A stretch of DNA of 64,000 bases from Acidobacteriota bacterium (GTDB lineage: Bacteria; Acidobacteriota; CAIWXX01): NCBI GenBank assembly GCA_040755995.1, contig JBFMAF010000040.1, forward strand, positions 64,001 through 128,000, in the 5' to 3' direction. Positions 9,320-17,755 of this stretch are shown here, one piece after another. Numbering within the stretch: position 1 is the stretch's first letter; each line of letters opens with the position of its first letter. Under the pieces are notes generated by a model. That model searched no databases. It was not told the origin of the DNA and saw nothing but the letters and a program-made list of their open reading frames with translations. Position numbers and translations under genes: made by a program.

Positions 9320-10783
9320 TCAGTAGACCTGGGCCAGGCCTTCCTCTGTGCGCTCGATGGCGGCGTACGCGCCGAGCAGCGTCTCCAATCGACGCCGATC
9401 GTCGGCGGTCTCGACCGCTCCCTCGCCGCCGAGGTCGTCCCGTAGCAATCCTACTAATTCCCCGCGCTCCCCGGGGGCCAGCTGTTTGACGGCCACCAAC
9501 TGTCTTTCTACGAACAGGTCTCGGCCCGACTCGAGCCGGACCCGGTGTTGCCCCTGCGTGTTCACCCTGACATCGAAATAGCGCAGCACGAGATCGCAGT
9601 GCGAGTCGCCGACAAGCTCAAGAAGGGAATGATGGATCGTCAGCTCCGATTTCGAGTCGTTGAACGCATACTGATCCGCAGGGCATCCTCTGTCCTTGAG
9701 CGTCCTTGCAACGGTTCTCAGATTGCGCGAAGAGCTCTTCAGCGACAGCATTCTGATGTATCCGGCCTCTGTGATGCCCTCGTATCCTTGTCGAGCCAAC
9801 ACCGCCGCGCGTCTTCTGGCGCCGCTGTTCTGGTACCTGTACTTGTAAATGTGTGAACAGTAGTTGAGGGGCAGCTTGACGCGGTCGTCCAGTGCATCTT
9901 TCAGATGCCTGAGCGCCGTCATCTCGGATTCATAGACAGGCACGGGGTAGTTGGAGGGATAGTGGAGGAAGGTGTAGTCGCGTTTGATGAGGTTCTTGTA
10001 GTTATACGCGGTCGCGTGCAGCTGGTGCAGATTCAGATGGGACACGCCGATGCGCCGCAACTCGCGTATGCATTCGTGGACTCCGTCGTAGTCCTCCGGA
10101 ATCGCGGGAATTTCGACCGTGACGATGTCCATGTGGCGGCGGGCGAGCTCCACACGCCGCACATCGTATTTCTTGTGAACGATGTCGAGCCTGATCTCGT
10201 CCAGCCCGGCCTCCTTCAGTCGTGTCAACTTCGCGGCATCGAGCAAGTCGCCGTTCGTGTACAGCCACACATAGATCTCGCCCCCGAAGCGGTCCTTGAT
10301 TCGGCGGATGAAGGACAAGAGCCGGTCGAGCACCAGCAGGGGCTCCCCGCCGCTGATTCCGACGCCCTTGATTCCGAACCGTTCCAAGTAGTCCACATAC
10401 TCACACGGGTCCTCGAATGCGATCCCGCCCGCGGTTGGAGGTTTGTCCTCCTTCACAGTAGGCTCCTGGGGGCAGAAGAAGCAGTTCGCTGTGCACCGTG
10501 AATTCAACATCAGGCACGACCAGGTGCCTTCGCAGCACGTCACGCATCCTCGAGAGAGGGTCCCCGTGTAGATCTTGCTTCCCCTACAGGAGCGCCTGGC
10601 GTTGTCCGGGGGAAGGGCCTGCAACATGCAGTCTCTGGCTTCGTTGGCCGCGGAAGCTTGCTGCCCGGTGAACCATCTCAGCTCCGGATACGCCCACCCG
10701 ACGTACTGCCTGGTGTTCTCGATGTGCCGCTGTCTCTCGCGCATGCCGCGCAACACTATCAGGCACGTTTCTTCATTTGTCAA
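9320..10783 (-). CDS. Radical SAM protein (uncharacterised COG2108-like family)
   Basis: CTANCFFC motif preceded by LSRGCVTC; ISGGEPL, YTNG, GLDEIRLD, VTVEIPAIP. TTG start; the exact start is uncertain. Confidence 0.85.
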   Translation of the reverse strand: MTNEETCLIVLRGMRERQRHIENTRQYVGWAYPELRWFTGQQASAANEARDCMLQALPPDNARRSCRGSKIYTGTLSRGCVTCCEGTWSCLMLNSRCTANCFFCPQEPTVKEDKPPTAGGIAFEDPCEYVDYLERFGIKGVGISGGEPLLVLDRLLSFIRRIKDRFGGEIYVWLYTNGDLLDAAKLTRLKEAGLDEIRLDIVHKKYDVRRVELARRHMDIVTVEIPAIPEDYDGVHECIRELRRIGVSHLNLHQLHATAYNYKNLIKRDYTFLHYPSNYPVPVYESEMTALRHLKDALDDRVKLPLNYCSHIYKYRYQNSGARRRAAVLARQGYEGITEAGYIRMLSLKSSSRNLRTVARTLKDRGCPADQYAFNDSKSELTIHHSLLELVGDSHCDLVLRYFDVRVNTQGQHRVRLESGRDLFVERQLVAVKQLAPGERGELVGLLRDDLGGEGAVETADDRRRLETLLGAYAAIERTEEGLAQVY

Positions 10784-10899
10784 CGAATGTCTGGTATCGT
10801 AGGCGCGTCTATGCTGTGCAGCGCCGGCGGGCCCGATGAGAATCTCCCAGCGCCCCGGTCTGGGCGCCTTCGCGCCGCATCAGCGTTCTCGTCCGGAGA

Positions 10900-10948
10900 C
10901 TGCCAACTGACATCTGGCAACCGACAACTGACAACTGGCAACTGACAA
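10900..10948. repeat. Seven tandem degenerate heptamers (consensus CTGRCAA)
   Basis: ctgccaa ctgacat ctggcaa ccgacaa ctgacaa ctggcaa ctgacaa, ending 5 nt before ATG 10954. Confidence 0.85.
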
Positions 10949-10953
10949 CTCCC

Positions 10954-13017
10954 ATGGATGTCTGCCTCGCATATATGCCATACGGGCTGATCGAGCCGCC
11001 TCCGCTGGGAATGGCGTTGCTCGTCGCCGAGGCGAAGCGCGCCGGGCTTCTCGCCGAGGCCGTCTATCCGACGTTTTGGTTTGCGGAGAAGATCGGATAT
11101 CTCACCTACAACTCGATCTCCAAGGCCATCGCCGGCTTCCAGATCGCCGAATGGACGTTTTCATCATCGGCATTTCCGGATTTTCGTCCCGATGACGAGG
11201 CGTTTCTGACGCGCTACCTCGAGTGGGAATGCCAGCTGGACCCGGACAGGTACGGCCTCTTGTTCAGCGACGAAGAGGCCTTTCGGAGCACCTGCTGGTC
11301 TGTTCGCCGAGCAGCAGAGTCCTTCATCGCGGAGGCGGCGGAGAAGGTGTTGGAACTGAAACCGAAAATAGTCGGCTGCAGCTCCATCTACCACCAGAAC
11401 TGCGCCTCACTCGCGTTGCTGCGAAAGCTCAAGGAACTGAACCCGGCACTGATCACGCTGATGGGAGGAGCCAACTGCGAGGGCCCGATGGGTGTGGTGA
11501 TGAAGCGCTCGTTTCCATGGGTGGATTTCGTGGTGTCAGGAGAGGCGGACGATCTGTTCGCCCCATTCTGCCAAAGGCTTCTGGGACAGGGGGCGCGAGA
11601 GTCTGCGCGATCGCTCCCTCATGGGGTGATCGGAGCAGGCGACAGCGCGCAGGAATATGCCGAGCCCCCGGTGGCCATGGTGAAGCAGCTTGATGCCCTT
11701 CCCCCACCCGACTACGACGAGTACCTGGAGGAACGTGAAGGATTCTGTTACAAGGCGGCGCTGCCGCGTCCGAGTCTCTCCTTCGAGACCTCCCGCGGGT
11801 GCTGGTGGGGCCAGAAACGACAGTGCACGTTCTGCGGCGTGAACGGCAGCAAGATGCCGTTCCGAGTGAAGTCGCCCGGACGAGTCATCAATGAGCTCGC
11901 AACGCTTCGTGAGCGTTACGCCGTGAGCGATTTCATCGCGAGCGACAACATCATCGACGTGTCCTATTTCAAGACCGTTCTTCATGAGCTCGCTGCAACC
12001 GGCACGCCCCGGTACTCATTCTTCTTCGAGCTCAAGTCAAACATGACCGAGGCACAGGTGAGGATGCTGGCCGATGCAGGCGTACACAGGTTCCAACCGG
12101 GGATCGAGAGTCTGCACGACGAGCTGCTCAGGCTCCTGAACAAGGGAACGAGGGCGATCGACAACGTCGCACTTTTGAAATTCGCGCACGAGAACGGCAT
12201 ACGGATCACGTGGATAATGCTGGCGGATATCCCGGGCGAGCGTGATGAATGGTATGCGGAGATGGCGTCGTGGCTGCCGCTGCTCGCCCACCTGCAGCCG
12301 CCTCATCTGACGAAATCCATCAACTTCGACCGCTTCAGCGAGTATCACCGGCACCCGGAGCGATATGGGCTAGAGCTGATGCCTGTCAGATGGCACTCCT
12401 TTGTATACCCTCTTTCGGAGGAGGCCATCCGCGACTTCGCCTACCGTTTCGAAGACCGGACGCGCAGAGCTCGAGGGACGGGCGAAGGCCGCCTGGCCCT
12501 CAGCAGGGCCATACTCGACTGGATGCGGTTGTATACCCGAGGCGACCGCCCGGCCGATTCGCCGACGCTCACGGTGCTGGAGAAGGACGACCGATCAGTC
12601 ATCAAGGACTCCCGTCCCTGCGCCGTGAAGAAGGAGATTGTGTTGAAGGGCACAGCCCATCTCGTCCATCGGGCCTGCCGCAGCCCGCACACAATGAGAG
12701 CTGTCGCCGATGCGGTGAGCTCCTCCGTGGACACACCACTGAAACCTGGGGAGTTGGAGAATGCTATCGCGGATCTGCTGGATCACAAGATCCTGCTGCA
12801 GCTGGGAGGCCGCTTCCTTGCGCTCGCTATGCGCGAACCTCTGCGACCGTTCATCTATCCGCCAGAGTACAAGTTGCCCAGGCTCCAATCTACGATCGAA
12901 GCGCGGGGCAAGTCCTACTGGGATGTGCTGCAGGACATCGAGAAGCGAATCGCAGGCCGGCATCTCGCCGGCATACTGGGGGCTGCAGTGAGCGAGACGG
13001 CGGACACGGCCGATTGA
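10954..13017 (+). CDS. RiPP maturation radical SAM C-methyltransferase (B12-binding, TIGR03975-like)
   Basis: N-terminal B12-binding-like region (PPLGMALL, IVGCSS, MGGANCEGPMG, VVSGEAD); family-specific ETSRGCWWGQKRQCTFCGVNG (Cx7Cx2C); QPGIESL, LAHLQPP, FDRFSEY. Confidence 0.9.
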   Translation: MDVCLAYMPYGLIEPPPLGMALLVAEAKRAGLLAEAVYPTFWFAEKIGYLTYNSISKAIAGFQIAEWTFSSSAFPDFRPDDEAFLTRYLEWECQLDPDRYGLLFSDEEAFRSTCWSVRRAAESFIAEAAEKVLELKPKIVGCSSIYHQNCASLALLRKLKELNPALITLMGGANCEGPMGVVMKRSFPWVDFVVSGEADDLFAPFCQRLLGQGARESARSLPHGVIGAGDSAQEYAEPPVAMVKQLDALPPPDYDEYLEEREGFCYKAALPRPSLSFETSRGCWWGQKRQCTFCGVNGSKMPFRVKSPGRVINELATLRERYAVSDFIASDNIIDVSYFKTVLHELAATGTPRYSFFFELKSNMTEAQVRMLADAGVHRFQPGIESLHDELLRLLNKGTRAIDNVALLKFAHENGIRITWIMLADIPGERDEWYAEMASWLPLLAHLQPPHLTKSINFDRFSEYHRHPERYGLELMPVRWHSFVYPLSEEAIRDFAYRFEDRTRRARGTGEGRLALSRAILDWMRLYTRGDRPADSPTLTVLEKDDRSVIKDSRPCAVKKEIVLKGTAHLVHRACRSPHTMRAVADAVSSSVDTPLKPGELENAIADLLDHKILLQLGGRFLALAMREPLRPFIYPPEYKLPRLQSTIEARGKSYWDVLQDIEKRIAGRHLAGILGAAVSETADTAD

Positions 13018-13040
13018 GGAGGGGTCCCAGGCGGCCGGCG

Positions 13041-13355
13041 TCAGCGCAGCATAGCCAAGAACTTCTGCTTGAAGCCTCCCCTCCACATCGCGCAGGCGAC
13101 CGGGTCTCTCGCGAACGGGTCCCCTGTTGCCATGACGGCCGAGGCCCTGCATCCGAGCCCGCACTCCTCGAACCACTTGCATCCGGCGCATTCGTGGTTG
13201 TTTGCAAGGAGCTCCTTCTTCTTCATGTTCGCGATCGAGAGCAGTGGCGATTCGAGCCAGATCCTGGAGATCTCCACCTCGAACAGGCTCGGCATGCCGT
13301 CACGGAATCGCGTATCCGCAAAGCCGGGGCACGGGATCAGAACGCCATCGGGCCC
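13041..13355 (-). pseudogene. 3' remnant of a radical SAM/SPASM protein (SPASM domain only)
   Basis: PDGVLIPC...ECAGCKWFEECGLGCRA...DPVAC matches the SPASM cysteine pattern. Upstream of about 13355 the frame is only the antisense of the protease gene, with no CxxxCxxC core. Confidence 0.75.
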
Positions 13356-13421
13356 TGACTGTGACTGAGCGTGACAAACTTGTTGCTCTCCAGGCCCCCG
13401 GCGCATGCTATGATGAAGGGT

Positions 13422-13823
13422 ATGGGAAGAGTATTGGTGGATCTGAAAGTCTCCAATTTCGAGGATCTCCCTACGAAGAAGAAAAAGGTGAGGAGTATCC
13501 TTGTCAAGGATGCCCTTATTGACACAGGCGCCGCGATGCTTGCCCTTCACAAGAGCGACATCCAGACCTTGGGCCTGCGTTTCTTGAGAAAGGTAAAGGT
13601 CAGAACAGCAAGCGGCTCACCGGAACGCCGGGTGTTTGGCGTTGCACGAGTCCGGATTGAAGGGCGCGAAGGTGAGTTTGATGTCCTGGAGATTCCAGAT
13701 AGTGTTCCGCCACTGTTTGGATATATCGTAATGGAGCGGTTGGATTTGGCCGTCGATCCGTCAAGAATGAAGGTGATTCGCAATCCGGAGCACGGCGGAG
13801 ACTACGCGCTCGATCTCTTCTAG
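13422..13823 (+). CDS. Clan AA (retropepsin-like) aspartic protease
   Basis: ALIDTGAAMLAL catalytic motif, VRTASG, and tail PLFGYIVMERLDLAVDP. ATG 13422 lies 7 nt after the extended -10 TGcTATGAT (13406-13414). Confidence 0.85.
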   Translation: MGRVLVDLKVSNFEDLPTKKKKVRSILVKDALIDTGAAMLALHKSDIQTLGLRFLRKVKVRTASGSPERRVFGVARVRIEGREGEFDVLEIPDSVPPLFGYIVMERLDLAVDPSRMKVIRNPEHGGDYALDLF

Positions 13824-13948
13824 CAGACCCGGGGACGTGGTGAGGATGCCTCGCTTGGGAGAAACGCGCCAAGGTGTGAGGGACGGTAGACGATGTGCCG
13901 CAGCCGTCGAGCAGCATATGCGACGCCTCAGCACCTGCTGATCGAGCG

Positions 13949-14220
13949 ATGTCAGAACAGGCTCTACCAACCGTCCTGATCGCCGACGACCAGGCCGGGA
14001 TCCGCGACGCGCTCCGGCTGCTTCTGAAGCCCGAGGGCTTCAGGACAGAATCGGTGTCCTCAGCGTGGAGAGAGTCCTGATACGGAAGGCGCTCGCCCGG
14101 TTCGGAGGCAATGTGCCCAGGGCGGCCGATGCGCTGGGCCTGAGCCGCAGCGCTCTCTACAGGCGTATCCAGAAGCACGGCCTGACGCCGCGCGGTGATC
14201 CGCCGCCGGCCGGGGAGTGA
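13949..14220 (+). pseudogene. NtrC/Fis-family response regulator with large internal deletion
   Basis: About 39 aa of receiver N-terminus (MSEQALPTVLIADDQAGIRDALRLLLKPEGF) is joined out of frame at about 14064 to a Fis HTH (VERVLIRKALARFGGNVPRAADALGLSRSALYRRIQKHGL). No AAA+ domain. Confidence 0.8.
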
Positions 14221-14303
14221 AACTCGCCACCGAGCTGTGGGCGGCTGTCTCCACTGGCCAGGCAGGCCGGCAGGCGGTCCGACGCGGAGGGCCAGTCAAG
14301 TGC

Positions 14304-14340
14304 TTGACACGAGCGGCTGCGCTGTGCACAATTGTACACA
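14304..14340 (+). promoter_or_regulatory. Sigma70-type promoter and palindromic operator of brnTA
   Basis: TTGACA (14304-09), 17 nt, CACAAT (14327-32). The near-perfect palindrome TGTGCACAATTGTACACA (14323-40) covers the -10 and runs into the ATG. Confidence 0.75.
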
Positions 14341-14633
14341 TGCCGACCGACGATTTTGAATGGGACGCTGAGAAGGCCCGTGATAACTTCGCTAAACACG
14401 GAATCCATTTCGCGGATGGGATCGAGGCCTTCTGGGATCCGCACGCCATCACACTGGTCGACGCCCTCACAGAAGTCGAGAAGCGCTACACCACGTTGGC
14501 CATGGATTCGTTGGGTAGAGTTGTCGTCGTTGTCTACACCTGGCGTCAAGATCGAATCCGCATCATTTCCGCTCGGAAGGCGACCGCCGCCGAGCGCAAC
14601 CGATATGGAGAAGGCCATGAAACGAGAATATGA
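14340..14633 (+). CDS. brnT: BrnT family toxin (DUF497)
   Basis: FEWDAEKARDNFAKHGIHFAD...VVVVYTWRQDRIRIISARKATAAER; overlaps the antitoxin gene. Confidence 0.92.
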   Translation: MPTDDFEWDAEKARDNFAKHGIHFADGIEAFWDPHAITLVDALTEVEKRYTTLAMDSLGRVVVVVYTWRQDRIRIISARKATAAERNRYGEGHETRI

Positions 14634-14880
14634 TTTCTCCCGCGGCAGACGCGGCGCCGTGCTGCCGTCCCCACCCGGTAAGACTCGAGTAACCATTCGC
14701 CTCGACAACGAGATACTGGATTGGTTCCGTGAGGCTGTGAACGCCATGGGCGGTGGGAACTATCAGACCCTGATCAACAACGCCCTACGGGAGCACATGA
14801 GCCGCCGCGAGGAACCGCTGGAACAAACCCTCAGACGCATAGTGCGCGAGGAGCTGCGCCGCGGCCGGAAGGTGGCATAG
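14617..14880 (+). CDS. brnA: BrnA antitoxin (DUF4415)
   Basis: MKREYDFSRGRRG...KTRVTIRLDNEILDWFR...GGNYQTLINNALREH; GGAG RBS upstream. Confidence 0.92.
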   Translation: MKREYDFSRGRRGAVLPSPPGKTRVTIRLDNEILDWFREAVNAMGGGNYQTLINNALREHMSRREEPLEQTLRRIVREELRRGRKVA

Positions 14881-15064
14881 GACACGGCTGCCGCGCCATC
14901 CTGCGGCTGCCACTGTAGGCCCGGGGGCGGGTCAACCAGAGGGCGCGGATGGGGACTCTTCCCTGCGGCGCGGGAGACCTCCGTCTTGACTCCTCGCCCA
15001 GGTCTCAGGTCTTCAGGTCCAGGGAGAACTTGACGATCCATCGTCTTGCCGGTATCTTCGCTTG

Positions 15065-15778
15065 ATGATTTCACCTCGATCCTTGATTCGCATCGCGGCT
15101 GTTGTCGCTCTCGTCTCAGAACCCGTTCTCGCTGGCGACCCGCAGGTGATTCCACCGGCCGCCGCCCGCGTCATCTATCTCCTGCGCCACGGTGCCTACA
15201 CCCCCGACCCTAAGGCTGACCGATTGTTGGGCCCTGGTCTGGCCCCGATCGGAGTTGCGCAGGCGCGACTCGTCGGGGCGCGGCTCTCGGCACTCCCCTT
15301 TCGTTTCGATGCGATCTACGCAAGCCCACTGACCCGCGCACTCGAGACGGCTCGCGTGGTCGCTGCTGACCTCCCGGGCGCCAAGATCGAAATCCTGCCA
15401 GACCTCGAAGAGTGCACGCCGCCTACGTGGCGAATCGAAGTCGTCGCCGATTCGAGCCCCGAAGAGATGGCGGCCTGTGCTCAGAGGCTCGATCGCCTGT
15501 TCGCGCGACTGTTTATCCCTGCTCAGGGCAGTGAGCGGCGCGAGCTCCTGGTGTGCCACGGCGACGTGATTCGATATCTCGTCACCAAGGCGTTGCGCGT
15601 GGACACAAAGGCGTGGCTCGAAATGTCGGTCCGCCACGCAAGCCTGACGGTGGTCCGGGTGGAGCCCGACGGCCGCTTCAAGGTGATCACGATCGGCGAC
15701 ACAGGTCATCTGCCGCCAAGTCTTCTGTCCGGTGCCACTGGCGATCCGGAACGCGACCTGGCTGTGCCAGCCGAGTGA
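15065..15778 (+). CDS. Histidine phosphatase family protein (PGAM5-like) with N-terminal signal peptide
   Basis: YLLRHG, ASPLTRALETA, LLVCHGDVIRY, HASLT, IGDTGHLP. Hydrophobic N-terminus. TTGACG-17-TATCTT (15030-58) ends 6 nt before the ATG. Confidence 0.85.
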   Translation: MISPRSLIRIAAVVALVSEPVLAGDPQVIPPAAARVIYLLRHGAYTPDPKADRLLGPGLAPIGVAQARLVGARLSALPFRFDAIYASPLTRALETARVVAADLPGAKIEILPDLEECTPPTWRIEVVADSSPEEMAACAQRLDRLFARLFIPAQGSERRELLVCHGDVIRYLVTKALRVDTKAWLEMSVRHASLTVVRVEPDGRFKVITIGDTGHLPPSLLSGATGDPERDLAVPAE

Positions 15779-15832
15779 CTCGCAGCGACCGGACAGCGCG
15801 CGCGTTCTCAGGGTTGATACCTACTCGGCCAG

Positions 15833-16700
15833 AGATCGTATGAGGCGCTCGGGGTCTTTCAGAACAAGCAGTTCGAGCTGTCAGGCGAAGGGGCCGCGGC
15901 CCTGGCGCGCCGCGTCGAGGACGGCTATTCGCCGGAGCTGAAGCAGGCGCTCGCCGGCGCAACTCTCGGCATGCCAACGAATCCGCTGCAGAAGGTGATC
16001 ACGGGGGAAGTGCGCGCACCGCTGCTGATCTTGCTGGGTGCGGTCGGACTGGTGCTCTTGATCGGCTGCGCCAACGTCGCCAATCTGCCGCTGGCCCGCG
16101 CCGCTGCCAGGCGCCGGGAGATGGCGATTCGCGGGGCCTTGGGCGCAAGCCCGGTCCGAATCGTGCGGCAGGTTCTGGCCGAGGGGCTCCTTCTGGCGCT
16201 CATCGGCGGCACAGCCGGTGTGCTCCTGGCTGCCTGGGCCATGAGGTTCCTCATCGCGTTGATCCCGAGCAGCGTCCCGCGCAGCCACGCGATCGCGATC
16301 GACCCTACGGTGCTTCTCTATTCGCTGCTCATCTCGGTGCTGACCGCGCTCATTTTCGGAGTGGCTCCGAGTCTCGGGGCGGCCAAGGTGGACCTGCGCG
16401 AGGCAATCCAGGAGGGTGGCCGGAGTGGCGGGGCGTCGCGTGGGAGACGGCGACTGCAGTCGGCCTTCGTCGTAGCCCAGGTCGCGCTCGCCCTCGTGCT
16501 GCTCTGCGGCTCCGGTCTCCTGATCCGCAGCTTCAACGCCCTCATGTCAACCGATCCGGGGTTCAAGGCCGCAGCGGTGCTCACGTTCTCAACCTCGGTG
16601 CCGCTCTCGGACTACACCGAAACGGCGCGGGTCAAAGCATTCTACCTGCAGGGGATCGAACGGCTGGCGGCGCTGCCTGGAGTGAGGGCGGTCGCGGCGT
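15833..16700 (+). pseudogene. Fragmented ADOP/MacB-FtsX-type ABC permease
   Basis: LLILLGAVGLVLLIGCANVANL...RRREMAIRGALGAS...LVLLCGSGLLIRSFNALMSTDPGF. An in-frame N-terminal scrap, RSYEALGVFQNKQFELSGEG, starts at 15833. The true N-terminus and second half are missing. Confidence 0.8.
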
Positions 16701-17304
16701 GCGATTGCTGGCCGCGAGCACCGATACCGGCGGGGTTCACACAGCCCGTGAAATCTGAAGTGCCGGCGTTGCTGCTCAACCGAGCACTGGACCCGGTCAC
16801 CGGGCCCGAGATGGCGAGGCGGGCCGCGCGCCATCTCCCCAACAGCCTCGTTGTTATCGTGCCGGAGGGATCGCACTGGTTCGCGGGAATGACCAACTAC
16901 CAGTGCATCAACACCCTGATGACGAAGTTCGTCGAACAGGGATCGATCAAGGAGCTTGATGCGAGCTGCGTTGCAACGGTCAAGCGGGTGCCGTTCACGC
17001 TTGAGACACCGCAACTGGCCGTTGTCAGGATTCCCGACACGGAGATGCAGAAGTATGCGGGCAGGTATAAGGGCGAGAACGCGCCGTTCGAAGTCGGACT
17101 GGACATTGTGAAGGACAAGCTGCGGCTGACGATGCCGGACGGCAGCGAGATGCTGCTGGCTCCAGTATCGCCCACCCGCTTCCGACTCGTGGGTGCGCGC
17201 CGGGCCTCTCCCTCGACTTCGAATTCGACGGCGACTCAGTCAAGCGCGTCACCATGGCAGAGGGCACACCCGACGAGCTGTCGCTGGTGCCGGCCGGGAA
17301 GTAG
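16700..17304 (+). pseudogene. C-terminal fragment of an alpha/beta hydrolase (TAP-like) with a DUF3471-like tail, frameshifted near 17198
   Basis: CDCWPRAPIP...VPALLLNRALDPVTG...IVPEGSH...CINTLMTKFV...LDASCV, then KYAGRY...LAPVSPTRF. A plausible natural end, PGLSLDFEFDGDSVKRVTMAEGTPDELSLVPAGK*, lies in another frame (TAG 17302-04). The nucleophile GxSxG region is absent. Confidence 0.7.
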
Positions 17305-17755
17305 CAGAAGCCGCTCCGTGGCGCTGACGCTGATGGCGCGCGGCGAGAAGGATGCATCGCCCGTCTACATTCAGCTCCACAGACCCGACGAGATCAGATC
17401 CACGGTGAGACAACAGCCCGCGCGCGGGAGCACTGCTTCGCCGCTCACTTGGCGCATCGAGCTCGCCAGGATCGATCGGTAGCACTGAACGCCGGTTTCC
17501 TTGTCGGGTGGACCCTGATCCGGCGCTAACGTCCCAACATGCTGAAGACCCTGGCCGGCGAGAAGGTGGCAGGTGCGAGGCGCCGAGGAGCGAGGAGCGC
17601 AGCGTACGCGCTGGTACGTGAGCACCGCAGCGACGAAGGCAACGAAGCAGATGCCGCCTTATCGCCGGATCAGGGGTGGACCGGTCAGCGCGACATGCGC
17701 TATGATCCGGTCTATCGAGAGGATCAGCGTCCGCCCGGGTGTGAAGCGCAACGAG

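Noticed and set aside
13356..13550. 5' part of the 169-aa ORF 13041-13550 as a real N-terminus
   Set aside because: It is largely antisense to the aspartic protease gene and its promoter. Only the SPASM-like 3' part looks protein-like.
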